From: Mizuhopecten yessoensis
Taxonomy: Eukaryota
DNA length: 64,000 nt
Reading direction: 5' to 3'
Assembly: GCF_002113885.1 (NCBI RefSeq)
Contig: NW_018405547.1
Coordinates: 23,826 to 87,825, forward strand
How positions within the stretch are numbered: position 1 is the stretch's first letter; the number at the start of each line of letters is the position of its first letter. Shown here one piece after another: positions 1 to 13,081 of this stretch. The notes beneath the pieces were generated by a model. That model did not search any database, was not told the origin of the DNA, and saw nothing but the letters and a program-made list of their open reading frames with translations. Both the position numbers and the translations under genes were made by a program.

Positions 1-612
1 GCCTAAGTCTGTCACTACCACCACACCAAAGTATGTCACTACATTTACCACCATACCAAAATCTATCACTACCACCATACCAAAGTCTATCACTACCACC
101 ATACCTATGTCTATAACTACCACCATACCAAAGTATGTCACAACTACCATACCAAAGTCTGTTACTAACACCATACCAAAGCCTGTCAAAACCACCATAC
201 CTAAGTCTGTCACTACCACCATACCAAAGTCTGTCACTACCTCCAAACCAATGTCTGTCACTACCACCACACCAAAGTATGTCACTACATTTACCACCAT
301 ACCAAAGTCTATCACTACCACCATACCAACGTCTGTCACTACCACCCTACCTATGTCTATAACTACCACCACACCAAAGTCTGTCACTACCACAATACCA
401 AAGTCTGTCACTACCACCATACCTAAGTCTGTCACTAGCACCAAACCAATGTCTGTCACTACCACCACACCAAAGTCTGTCACTACCACCATACCTAAGT
501 CTGTCACTCCCACCATACCAATGTCTGTCACTACCAACCATACCAAAATATGTCACTACCACCATACCAAAGTCTGTCACTACCAACCATACCAAAGTCT
601 GTCACTACCACT
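1..612. repeat. 24-bp tandem repeat (CTGTCACTACCACCATACCAAAGT), Thr-rich when translated; continues off the window start
   Basis: Direct tandem units translating to SVTTTIPK; frame broken by 1-nt insertions near 536 and 585. Confidence 0.9.
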
Positions 613-1925
613 ATATCAAAGTCTGTCAATATACCATATATTACACTACCATTTGGTTTTCCAATACCACAATTCTGAAATCTTAATAATACAACATATC
701 TCTTCCTTTTTTTACTTTTTGATGTTATTGTGAAATAACGCTGATATAACGCTAGGGTTTTATAGTCTGTTTGGTATCATTTATGTTGATGGATCCAATG
801 TCGAAGGTACTTAATTAGCCGGGAAAGAGAGCATGCAAAACCTTTCCTAATGGCGATACATGTACCATTTGTTTGTATATCTAACTATGTAGTCTACAAG
901 ACGTCTTGTTACCATATACGTCACCAGTTCACGCCATAGATTATCTTGGAATGAAAAAGAAATCTGACCTCGTGTGCATAAACTTAGACGTCTTCTGTGA
1001 CCATAGTTAAATACCACGTTTACTCAGCTCTCTAAGCCGAGTTATGTAGACGGGAATTCTGTCATCTTTACCAAACAGGAACGAAATGTCAATACGTGCG
1101 ACCAGTTAATGGGACATGCACGTGTAAGGTTTGTCTGGGGAGGTACGTGCGTGGGAGTGATTGGAGAAATAATAAGGCCCTACACCGACCACATCCGTGT
1201 TTGGAGCGCATGGCCTTGTGATTATATGTTTATAAGCGTCCATATGATCGAGTTCGATATGATATCGACTGCGTCGCAGATGATACGGAGACCTCGCCCC
1301 AAAATACATCCCCAGTAGTGTTTTATTACATAGATAAGTCTCCAAATATAATTAAGATAGGTAGTCGAAAATACAAATAATTTAATAATTGACATCAACA
1401 AGACATTGCTAAACACAAATACCAAGACGTGTATGCTGTAATATTTCCAGAAATTCAGCATCTCAAGCTTAAATAAAATAAAAAGAAAGTCTTATTTGGA
1501 AGAAAAATAAGCCCGTTAGATTTATATTTCAGCTCGGAACACATACAAGAAGCTTTCTAGCAAAATTGAAATGCTACTTTTATTTACAACGATTCGAAAT
1601 CCTGCATCTGATAAAGAAAAAGAAAACTGAATCCGAGCACACGTGACGAGGCGATGTTCTATGTATGAAAACTGAAAAGATAGGTTCGTCAATTTATGAC
1701 AGAATGTTTTTAAACGTGCGTTTTTGAGAAGCTGGAAGTGCTTTACAAAGATTTATGATATGAGAGGGGACGGCAATGCGTTTTGGACGAGATTTGTGAG
1801 TAAATAGTAATAAAAAGGGCGATAACTCTACATTCTTTAAATCAGGTAGCGAATAGCTCTCACGATATATCTCCGGGTAGAATGAATAATTTAAATGTGT
1901 TTTTCGCTACTTATTTTATTTGCAT

Positions 1926-3846
1926 TAACTGCCTGATATACATTATAATTGTTAAAAAAGATGTACTCGAGGATGACTGCCTGATATACAGTGTAATTGT
2001 TGATAAAGATGTACACGAGGATGACTGCTTGATATACAGTATAATTGTTAATAAAAATGTACACGAGGAGGGCTGCCTGGTAAACAATATAATTGTTGAT
2101 AAAGATGTACACGAGGATGACTGACTGATATACAGTATAATTGTTAATTGTTAATGTGCACGAGGATGACTGCCTGATATACAGAATAATTGTTGATAAA
2201 GATGTACACGAGGATGACTGACTGATATACAGTATAATTGTTAATGTACACGAGGATGACTGCCTGATATACAGCATAATTGTTAATAAAGATGTACACG
2301 AGGATGGCTGCCTGATATACAGTATAATTGTTAATAAAGATGTACACGAGGATGCCTGCCTGATATACAGTATAATTGTTAATTGTTAATGTACACGAGG
2401 ATGACTGCCTGATATACAGTATAATTGTTGATAAAGATGTACACGAGGATGACTGACTGATATACAGTATAATTGTTGATAAAGATGTACACGAGGATGA
2501 CTGCCTGATATACAGTATAATTGTTAATAAAGATGTACACGAGGTTACTGCCTGATATACAGTATACTTGTTAATAAAGATGTACACGAGGATGCCTGCC
2601 TGATATACAGTATAATTGTTAATGTACACGAGGATGACTGCCTGATATACAGTGTAATTGTTGATAAAGATGTACACGAGGATGACTGCCTGGTATACAG
2701 TATAATTGTTGATAAAGATGTACACGAGGATGACTGNNNNNNNNNNNNNNNNNNNNNNNNNNNNNNNNNNNNNNNNNNNNNNNNNNNNNNNNNNNNNNNN
2801 NNNNNNNNNNNNNNNNNNNNNNNNNNNNNNNNNNNNNNNNNNNNNNNNNNNNNNNNNNNNNNNNNNNNNNNNNNNNNNNNNNNNNNNNNNNNNNNNNNNN
2901 NNNNNNNNNNNNNNNNNNNNNNNNNNNNNNNNNNNNNNNNNNNNNNNNNNNNNNNNNNNNNNNNNNNATAAAGATGTACACGAGGATGACTGCCTGATAT
3001 ACAGTATAATTGTTAATTGTTAATGTACACGAGGATGCCTGCCTGATATACAGTATAATTATTAATAAAGATGTACACGAGGATGTCTGCCTGATATACA
3101 GTATAATTGTTGATAAAGATGTACACCAGGATGACTGCCTGATATACAGTATAATTGTTAATGTACACGAGGCTGACTGCCTGATATACAGTATAATTGT
3201 TAATAAAGATGTCCACGAGGATGACTGCCTGATATACAGTATAATTGTCAATAAAGATGTACACGAGGATGACTGCCTGATATAAAGTATACTTGTTAAT
3301 AAAGATGTACACGAGGATGACTGCCTGGTATACAATATAATTGTTAATAAAGATGTACACGAGGATGACTGCCTGGTATACAATATAATTGTTAATAAAG
3401 ATGTACACGAGGATGACTGCCTGGTATACAATATAATTGTTGATAAAGATGTACACGAGGATGACTGCCTGATATACAATATAATTGTTAATAAAGATGT
3501 ACACGAGGATGACTGCCTGGTATACAATATAATTGTTGATAAAGATGTACACGAGGATGACTGCCTGATATACAGTATAATTATTAATAAAGATGTACAT
3601 GAGGATGACTGCCTGATATGCAGTATAATTGTTAATAAAGATGTACACGAGGATGACTGCCTGATATAAAGTATACTTGTTAATAAAGATGTACACGAGG
3701 ATGACTGCCTGATATACAGTATACTTGTTAATAAAGATGTACACGAGGATGACTGCCTGATATACAGTATAATTGTTAATGTACACGAGGATGACTGCCT
3801 GATATACAGTATAATTGTTAATAAAGATGTTCACGAGGATGACTGC
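1926..3846. repeat. ~48-bp minisatellite (GATGTACACGAGGATGACTGCCTGATATACAGTATAATTGTTAATAAA) with length variants
   Basis: Many tandem copies, spanning an assembly gap. Confidence 0.95.
2737..2967. other. Assembly gap (231 N)
   Basis: Run of N inside the minisatellite. Confidence 1.
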
Positions 3847-4439
3847 CGGCGAAGAGTTCCCTGAATAACCACAATAACCTTACTACCAACTATAACCAAG
3901 TTTGCTCTATATTCTAGCTACAGGTACTTTTATCACTTTATGAAATAGTAAATTTAATTGTATTATCACTGTATTCCAGAGCCATTTCTGTCTGTTCTCG
4001 GTGTTCAGGGGCGTGCCTGGGATATAAATCTTGTGTAGGCACTTGAGCAATTTGCTAAAACAATATGAGTTTTTTTTCCAGTTCATCGACAACAGTTTTT
4101 AGGTTTAATATAATCAATTAATAAGTGTACTAGTGCATTTTAATATTAGATATACAGAAAGTACGAAAGTATATATGAATGGGTGGTAATAATTTATGTT
4201 AGGATTTTAGCAGGAGTTTCCAGCTAATTTCCACTGACGACAATATTTATAAAATGATTTTAAAGAAGAAGAATATTCAATCATTGTTATCCAAAACTTT
4301 ATAAACTGAATTTAAATTCTTATTGGTGGGAGAGAGGTTCTTGAAATAAAAAAGAGAACACCGAAGCGTAAACAAAGTGAGAACTCAAAATCGATAAAAC
4401 GAGGGAACAATTTGAAAGAAGGCATGGAGACCCTTGAAG

Positions 4440-5062
4440 AATATAATGAACATAAGACCAGGTGTTCCGGAAGGGTAAGTATCTTCCGTATGAATTATAG
4501 GTCACATATAATATGCTACGTCCTCAAAGCGAGAACAGGGTTAGTGACAACAAAACGATACGTATGAGCATAGTAAACAATATCGAACTTCATATCACAC
4601 AAAACTTGCCAATAGTCTTCATTGAGTTGCATCTTTGAAAACCCTGTATTGTAACCTTGTCCGTCAGCAGTCTACATCTAGGTTATCATGATTAAGTCTT
4701 GGAGTTATGGAATCACAGCAACAAGGGAAAGCAGGGATGTTACTATCAAGAAAGAGAAAAATCACAATCGGAACATCAAAATTGTCACGCTAATCAAAGC
4801 GTTGTTTTAAGTGGTCTCTTTCCATTATGTTATGAGTAAAGATTGAGGAAAGTGACCGAGGTAGAAAAACCTGTAGTGTCCTTAATTTCAAGCTCGGGAG
4901 GGTACAGTATATAAGATCTACGCGGTCAATAAAATTGTTATTTAAAGACAGCATATTGTTGATATATTTGAATGTTAAATTTAAAGACTTGCAATTGGCT
5001 GAGGTTTGTTTGTCCTGATTGCTTATCAAATAGATTAAGCCTCGTATGAAAACTAAAAACAT
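4440..5062 (-). mobile_element. Degenerate Penelope-like retroelement RT C-terminal fragment
   Basis: Minus-strand translation across frameshifts gives LNLTFKYINNMLSLNN..DRVDLIY..PELEIKDTT..RDNFDVPIVIFLFLDSNIPA, resembling the FRYIDDVLSLNN/PELEIKDTT/RDDFNFPIVNFPFLSSNIP pattern of mollusc PLE RTs (recalled, not searched). Confidence 0.65.
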
Positions 5063-7833
5063 CGGCCAGAGGAGAACAGTTTCTTCCCATAGGAATACCT
5101 AGCTACAGTCAGCTTACTGATGGAAAGTCTGGACACCGGACCGGATAAAGACCTCAACAAGGAACTCAATCATTCCCACAATTTCAACATCTGATTATTT
5201 ATTTTAGCTTTTGTAGTGCTTTTCACAAAATATGCTAAAAATTATTTACAACCATGTACTCATATCGCTGTTTGCCCTTCTTTTTGAAAAGAAACCTCTC
5301 ATAGTAAGAAAACGAAGGCTTTCCTTCTGTTTGGTATAAGGAATGATAGTGTAAAGGGTTGGAAATTAAAAAGTTTGATAGAAGAAACATTTTTTAAGAA
5401 GAGGGTGTTCAAGATTGATCAAATGTTCCTTTGAAATATTCAAATTCCACATTCCAATTATTCCACTTACCGAGTATACGGAGTCACAATACGACTGTAA
5501 CTCTGTTTACATGGTACTAAGTTTGCATAAAGGCTTGGTTGAGTAACAAGATGAGCCCGCGATAAAAGTTATTTACAAGGATTCTGGTGAAATTCCGGAG
5601 TCCAATACAAACGACGTACATGTCCGTATCCTTATCATTAATGGGTATTCGGAAATAGAGAAGCGTGATTAGCTAGTATTTCGTCTTTCAAAAAAAAAAG
5701 TGAATAGGTAGGGTTACACCTTGGTTATCAAGCATGCTTAGTTCTAAATGGTCACCTTGTCGTAATCTGCTAGCCTCCCTCCGACTCTCTGGACACGTTA
5801 GTTTAGGTCCAAATGTAGCTGAAACAAATCATCATGTCCCTATGCTCCGACTGATATCATGCTACATGTGACCACATCGGGGTAGAGTGGGCATTGGAAT
5901 TTAAGAATGGCGCCTTATTTCGCGTAGCCTCGAAAGACGAGACAGTTTCACTGCGAGGGGGATGCTCTGATTGGGTTTCTGAACTTTTGATGTTTCGAAT
6001 TTTCCGGACCACAAACTTGGTTGGTTGTGGTGATATCATTGTTTAATGTCGCAGCTTGAAAGTTGTAATGCACTTATATGTGTTACAAGGGTTTTTTGTA
6101 CTATATTCACTTTTTCAATTTTATGTATTTACGCTGACCTTAAATAAAAGATCGACAAAAGTATGTGTATGCACGTGCCTACTCGAGCCTAAGGCAGCTA
6201 CGCTACTGGTGTTATTTCTGGTGTATTTGGTTTGTGTTGCGGACCATTCCGACACAATACGTGTCTGTTGCCTGGTTGTTGGACTGAGGTCTATCACGTC
6301 TGACCATCTGGTCACACGAATACATAAGTTGTCATTTAGGTCAATCCTTCTGCATCATTTCATATATTTCACTCACATCGTGATTCTTAATTATCAACCA
6401 TTGTTTACGAAATCGTTCGAAAGTGTTTGGCATCTGAACAATAACATAGCTGTTCAATGTCAAACATGTTAAAATATTGCCTCCGTTCACATCGTCATCG
6501 GTATGAGTAACACATCATAACGGGGCCAGGTAAACCTACACACGTTATACACAAAAATACGTGTAATTTGGCTTTTAAAATTATGAACAATTTGATAAAT
6601 GAATGTGTGGGTCTGGGTTTGATCACGGCGTGGTTCGTCGTCTTTACGCCACGGTACATATATCAATCGTATACATGTATGGAAACACACAAATGACGAT
6701 CAGGTTTTCAATGAGAATCACGGACAGTCAGGGCAGTCTATAACCAACGCCCCCTTCTTGATCAAGACCAACTTGCTGATGTTTCAAAAAAAAAAACTGT
6801 ATTGATACAGAATTTTTGGAAACATCAGTTTTATTAAAACTGAAGATGAAGAATTAAGTTGGGATGCATTATTATAATCAATGTATGTTGATATTTTAAC
6901 ACAATTTGTAACTTATTGCTTAGCTTTATATGATCTTTTTGCGACTCTGGGCAGCTACATTGTATTTAGTTTGAACAATATTTTATTTGTAATGTTTGTT
7001 TTTTTACAACCACAAACAACGTAGATAAAAAGGTGTTTTTGTTTACAACGATAAACAAATTCATAAAAAAGTAAAAAAAAAAGATGTAAATGTATCAGAG
7101 AAATACGTCACTGGACGTTTTACGGGAACACAACCAAACACATGTAATACTAGTGCTGTTTACTACAGACGTAACACACATGGGAGTGTTTAATAAATAG
7201 AAGTTCCATCTGTGCTGATTGTTGACGACTCATTTTCAGGGTGAGGCCTGATAGGGAAAACATGTACAGCGATTGTTCAAACACATACCAATGCTGTAAT
7301 TTAGACAGAACACGCCATTTTTTGTAGATATAATCAGTAAGAGAGTGAAACGAAGAATGGTCACGCCACTTCTGGTATAACATATCTGTATGTCTGAAGT
7401 CATGCATGCAATGTTATTTATATAGCTCAATGCCACTTCTGTACAGGTTATCATTTTTTTTATAGATTTCAAAAGGAATAAAACAAAGGCTGAACATTTT
7501 TGAACAGCTCACAAAACGCCAACTGTAGTAAAATAACCAATAGTACACGAAGAAAACGTATACTGTTCTTTGGTCGTTGTAGGACCTTTTTAAACAAAAC
7601 TGGGCACGTGGCGATTTTAAGAATGCAAACTGATAGATACATGGCTTTATCTTGAAGCAGAGCCGTGTGATATGAGCTGATTGCTTTTATTCGTTCACTA
7701 CTTACTTATATATGTCTACATGTTTAGGACAAACGTTGACCGAGAATTAAAGGTATTTATATGTTTTTAGCATAACGCTTATAAGCAAATAGGTCCAATG
7801 TTTATTCTAGGGGAGCTCACATCGGAACGGTAA

Positions 7834-8022
7834 GGTTGGGTTTGTTTGTGTTATACGTTTTATTTACAGCTATGGTCACTAAAGGACGTGCCAGGTTTGA
7901 AACAAGAGTACCCGAAAACAACAACCGACCTGCGGAAAGTACCTTGAACCCGCGACCCGGTGGTGGAGGGATGGTGATTGTAGATAACATCACTGCCGCG
8001 ATAATCACTCGGCCATCGCGGC
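7834..8022 (-). mobile_element. tRNA-derived SINE (degenerate)
   Basis: Minus strand begins GCCGCGATGGCCGAGTG (A-box-like), has GGGTTCAAG (B-box-like), then CGGGTACTC..AAACCTGGCACGTCCTT and ends in a (CAAA)n-like tail. Confidence 0.7.
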
Positions 8023-8960
8023 TGAGATTCAGTCCTTGGTTACATTGTAAAAATGTGACCAACAAAAAAAGAAAAACAACCCAATATATACATTGTTCTT
8101 TATCAGCACTTAAGTTGGATTTCGTGATTTCTCTGCTCTAGAAGAGAAAATATCACAATTTCACGACGAAACAGAGTAAATGTGTTTTGAACAGTTGAAT
8201 GTCACAGGTTTTTTTTCTCCCTCCGCGTTTTGCTAGTTTTACTATATTTCGCACATAATGTTCCGTTTCTGCTTCTCCTGAGCATTTCGTTATTTTCCTT
8301 TTGAGCATTTTTGTTTTTTGTATTAAGTCGGCTAGTCCTAATATCCGTCATGCTAAAGACATGATTAAGATTGACATTTTGACATCACTTTGATACGACG
8401 ATATTTAAATAACTATCTAAAAATTGAAATGACGCGAAATAAATCCGGATGTTGTTCGGAACGCTTTTGACATTTTAGTCAGACAAGATTCAAAAACAGG
8501 TAGGGAACGGACCGTCCACAAGAGACTTACTTCCAGGTCTCCATTTCTCCATAAGTCCCGTACAGGGTAGATATTTATCAGTGGTTAAGGCGTAAATCGC
8601 CCTGTATGTCAGTTTTAAGGAGTCTCGCTTTTCACCGCTCCCCCTTTGAGTCACAGCCTGTTCAAATTCATTTTACAATGATTTTTATGACTTAACGGTC
8701 AATGACATTACAAATAAGGGATTGAGTTTGAAGCCCTCCGAAAGCAATTAAACATCGGTTAAGGCGTATGACACATTTTCCTGTGTTAAAAAGTATATAC
8801 AGAATAAAATATCGATCACGTCCAGACTTACGGGATAAGGTGAGCAGGTCAAAAGACGAATATTTGTATTCCAATAATACGTTTGGAATGAACTTGTATT
8901 GACCGACTATTTGATACAGGTTGGTCCAAAGCATGCCGTCTCCATCGCTCCACCCCTTTA

Positions 8961-9080
8961 GCAACCAATAGGCGGGGTTTAATTAAATCCGCCGGAGTGA
9001 CTACTAACGCCCCCACGCGGTAATCAGCCGAACCAGGTCAGAAGGACCAATAGGTGGCCGGAAATAGCGGTATATAAAAG
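8961..9080 (+). promoter_or_regulatory. Core promoter of the Argos-like gene
   Basis: CCAAT at 8965 and 9047, GGCGGG at 8971, CGCCCCCACGC at ~9008, CCGGAAAT (ETS-like) at 9058-9065, TATATAAAAG at 9071-9080, about 80 nt upstream of ATG 9153. Confidence 0.7.
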
Positions 9081-9152
9081 GTGTATTTGTCATTGAGCAT
9101 AAGTGTGTCACTTAACATAACAGGCTCACCGACTACATTATATACTACAAGT

Positions 9153-9263
9153 ATGCAGTGCCTCTTTGGAACGGTATTAATTATATACAGCATATGTCCT
9201 GGATTGATATCAGGAAATGTCAACAAAATGATCGATTTCTCCAAGTTCCTGAATCCTTGGAAG
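9153..9263 (+). CDS. Argos/giant-lens-like secreted Cys-rich protein, coding exon 1 (signal peptide MQCLFGTVLIIYSICPGLISG)
   Basis: ATG after the TATA box, hydrophobic signal-like stretch, strong donor AAG|GTAAGA in phase 0, compatible with exon 2. Confidence 0.7.
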
Positions 9264-12244
9264 GTAAGATTCCTATGTTTTTTACTATGCGTACTGCATG
9301 TAACATTCGTTTATTGTAACACGTAAGCGATGCTCTCCGTCAGTGTCACATTAGAATTACATTATTTCACAGGAAATATATGTCATATTTCTTCCCAAGT
9401 GTTACGTCAGCTTTGGCAGTGCATCCATCAACTCAAGCAAAACATGTAAAACAAACGTATGTGACCGCCGTTTCTGTTAGTCTATCTGTTAAAAGTTGTG
9501 GGAGAATTTAACACAATCGTAAGTATAATGACCATCTGGTATAAACAGAGCGAAATGATATTTCTATCTCCGTGGCTCCTTGCTCACATACAGTATATTT
9601 CACAGAGAGAGTGGATTATTTCAAACCAGTACTTTGTAGTGCGGACATAGGCAAAGACGATGTGAATATGGAATATTGAGGCATTGACTGATGCACATTG
9701 TCTTCATCAAGGGTCCATTTAAATTTGAACCTATCGGGTATCGTGCACTCTCATAGATACCACCTTGAGGAGTTTGGTTTCAGGATCTTGAATAGACTAT
9801 ACTCCAATCTGGATTTTGGGTACTGAAGCGCATTGAAAGTAATTCAGTACATTAAGTTATATAGATGTTAGAGTAGAGTACTGGTTGGGACGCCGTATGG
9901 ATATAATATTTACATTTCCACTGCACAGAGCCTAGATGTTTCTACTGGGCCCAATGTATGTTATTTCCGTATTACATACATTCGGCTATTGTGACGTCGC
10001 TACGCTTATGACTTCATAACTGTAACGTTGGAGATTGCACTGCTCCACTGTCAACTGGTGGCTGTTCTCTGTATGGATTTAACCTGACGTTGAAACGTGT
10101 TCCTACTAATATTATGTCTTAATTTCTGCGTGAACTGTAGGTTGATTAACATAGAATGTAAATATAAGTATTGGTTGTCATGTTTTTGACATGCATTGGT
10201 GTGTAACATACCAATGCATGTCAAAAGTATGACAACCAATCCTTAAATACTGTAACTTTACAATACTAACACTTCCGACACAATGCTATCGTGACAGTAT
10301 TTGTTGGTTGGAATTCATTTGACGGTTAGTATAAAGCTTGTGCAGTCGGGAATGTGGATAAACTTCTTCTAAGTAATATACCTTTCTCATTGTCAGTGTT
10401 GATTTGGCATTAGAAAATTAAGTATTTGACGCGGCATAATCGAATATTTTGCTAGAGTACTAATCTCTATTAAACCTCCATCCAAACGCCTCATCGTACG
10501 TTTGAAAGTTAAAGAATACTGGTTATAAAGCAGGCGCCCGCTCGGGTTCGGATATTTAACCCTTAGTTCATTAATCGCGTACCTAGTGTGTGTTTAACAA
10601 AATGTCATTAGTTTAGAATATGGGAAAACATCTGTAAAAACATGAAAAAGCAACGTATAATGCAGTTTTAATTCTACAAGTACTTAAGTTAAGATATTAA
10701 CATCGTATAAATAAATGCCATACCAACGGTCAGCTTAATCCACCTATATGTACATATTTCTTTGTTAAACTAAATCATTCTCTGTTGTTAACTCTGAGTG
10801 ATATGCGTGTGTTCATGGTGTTTGTCACGAGCACAAGTTGACCGGAAACTGTCCACGCCATGCCGTGACGTCATGGGAGTATTTTACCCTTGATACAGGA
10901 TTGGTATTGACGCCAAATAAGATAAGGATAGGACGAACGGCATTCATCGTAATCCTTACCCTCCCTGTAACTGTCTATATTGTAGAATATCTGTTTTTTC
11001 CTATAAGATTTTATCACACAGTGTGAAAAAGCGTCGCTGCCTTTTGTTTGCTTGCTATCTGTATTCTGTAAGAGGTTAATTGGCTTGATACTTTTCATTG
11101 CTATACTATTGGCGCGAAATCAAGTAAAATTGCCATTTGGCGTTTCCAAATTACCGGCAATAGCTAAAGGGTGATGTAAGAACGTCATCACGCAGGAACA
11201 GCACAAGATCTCGATCAAATCTGATTGAACAAGACAACAATTAGAAGAGGCACCAAAACAAATGGAAAACAGCACAAACCCCCACCAAAAACCGGACGCC
11301 GACCATCGCACTCATTACCCCATAGTTCCCGTATAATGCTAACAGCGTCGTCATTTTACATGTGAACATGACTAAATCCTTTGATTCATTTGCGAAAAAA
11401 CCCATCTCCGTTATTGTTGTGAAACGATTCCGTTTGATTGACGATCTCTACTGTAAGGATATGTAGGGGTCACATTTCTCTAGCCACAAAAACAGCACAT
11501 AGCTTGATCTTCCGGTGAGAAGTACTCAGCCTACCGGATGTGACGGCATTCAGTCATTCATGATTCAGGGAAGAGGATTATACTGGACCAAACCACTGAT
11601 GGTGTACGAGTTTACCAGTAGGTAACATACGTATCAATTGTTTAGTACGCTTTGATAGCTGACAAAATAAACCAGCATTCGGGTATAAACACAAACTAAC
11701 AGTATATGCTGCGTTGTGAAGTTCTGTGTACCAATAGTCATCGAGGTAAGTTTGTAGTGGTACATGACATGGTCTCCGAACGCTAATATCGAGATACAAC
11801 AAAGCATTGTTTAACAGGAAGTCTCCTCTCTTTCCTCTGACGAAGCTTCTGAATGTGAAACTATAAAGTGTCTAGAAACATATGTAATGCAGTTTTCTTT
11901 CAACAAACATTTCTAGAAGATATGAAATGTAGTTACAAAAAATAGGAGTTTAGTTTAGGAGAAAGACTAAGAGAGTCATTGGATAATAGAGGAGTACTGA
12001 TAACCAGAGGGGTATAGGCAAATAAAGGAGAGAAATTAAAAAGGGATAGAGAAGAAGGACAAAGGCAATGGGAGGGACGCAAGCAAAGATAGGGCAGAGG
12101 TAAAGAAAGATATACAGGTAAAAATAGGGATGAGAGTAATCAGGGATATAGAAAAAGAGAGTGACAGAGGTAAAGAGATGGATATTTATAAAGAGAGAAA
12201 GACATAGACCAAGAGAGGGGCACAAGTCAGGAGAGAGCAACTAT

Positions 12245-13023
12245 AAAGATAGGGCAGAGGTAAAGAGAGGGATGTGAAGAGCGAGATGAGAGTAAACAGA
12301 GGGCCACAAGTAAGGAGAGAGTAAAGATAGGGCAGAGGTAAAGAGGGATGTGAAGAGCGAGATGAGAGTAAAAAAAGGAGGACCACACGTAAGGAGAGAG
12401 TAAATATAGGGCAGAGGTAAAGAGAGGGACGTGAAGAGCGGGATGAGAGTAAACAGAGGACAACACGTAAGGAGAGAGTAAAGATAGGGCAGAGGTAAAG
12501 AGAGGGATGTGAAGAGCGGGATGAGAGTAAACAGAGGACCACACGTAAGGAGAGAGTAAAGATAGGGCAGATGTAAAAAGAGGGATGTGAAGAGCGGGAT
12601 GAGAGTAAACAGAGGACCACACGTAAGGAGAGAGTAAATATAGGGCAGAGGTAAAGAGAGGGATGTGAAGAGCGGGATGAGAGTAAACAGAGGACAACAC
12701 GTAAGGAGAGAGTAAAGATAGGGCAGAGGTAAAAAGAGGGATATGAAGAGCGGGATGAGAGTAAACAGAGGACCACACGTAAGGAGAGAGTAAAGATAGG
12801 GCAGAGGTAAAGAGAGGGATATGAAGAGCGGGATGAGAGTAAACAGGGGACCACACGTAAGGAGAGAGTAAAGATAGGGCAGAGGTAAAGAGAGGGATAT
12901 AAAGAGCGGGATGAGAGTAAACAGAGGGAGTAGATAAAGAGAGGGACAGAGGATAATATATAGNATGTAAAGAGCGGGATAAGAGTAAACAGAGGGAGTA
13001 GATAAAGAGAGGGACAGAGGATA

Positions 13024-13025
<2 letters not shown>
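12245..13025. repeat. 78-bp purine-rich minisatellite in intron 1 of the Argos-like gene
   Basis: Unit GTAAAGATAGGGCAGAGG...CACGTAAGGAGAGA, period 78 (12478 to 12556). Confidence 0.92.

Positions 13026-13030
<5 letters not shown>

Positions 13031-13078
<48 letters not shown>
13031..13078. repeat. (GA)n microsatellite
   Basis: Direct observation. Confidence 0.98.

Positions 13079-13081
<3 letters not shown>

Noticed and set aside
1882-3834. ORFs up to 302 aa in the 48-bp array; CRISPR-like regularity
   Set aside because: Pure tandem repeat translations; no unique spacers, no cas genes, eukaryotic context
5390-5760. Second Penelope-like fragment on the + strand (and a similar end motif at ~28228)
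   Set aside because: Too degenerate to support without an alignment
11830-11870. CTGACGA...GAAA hammerhead-like motif
   Set aside because: No convincing stem II or stem I pairing
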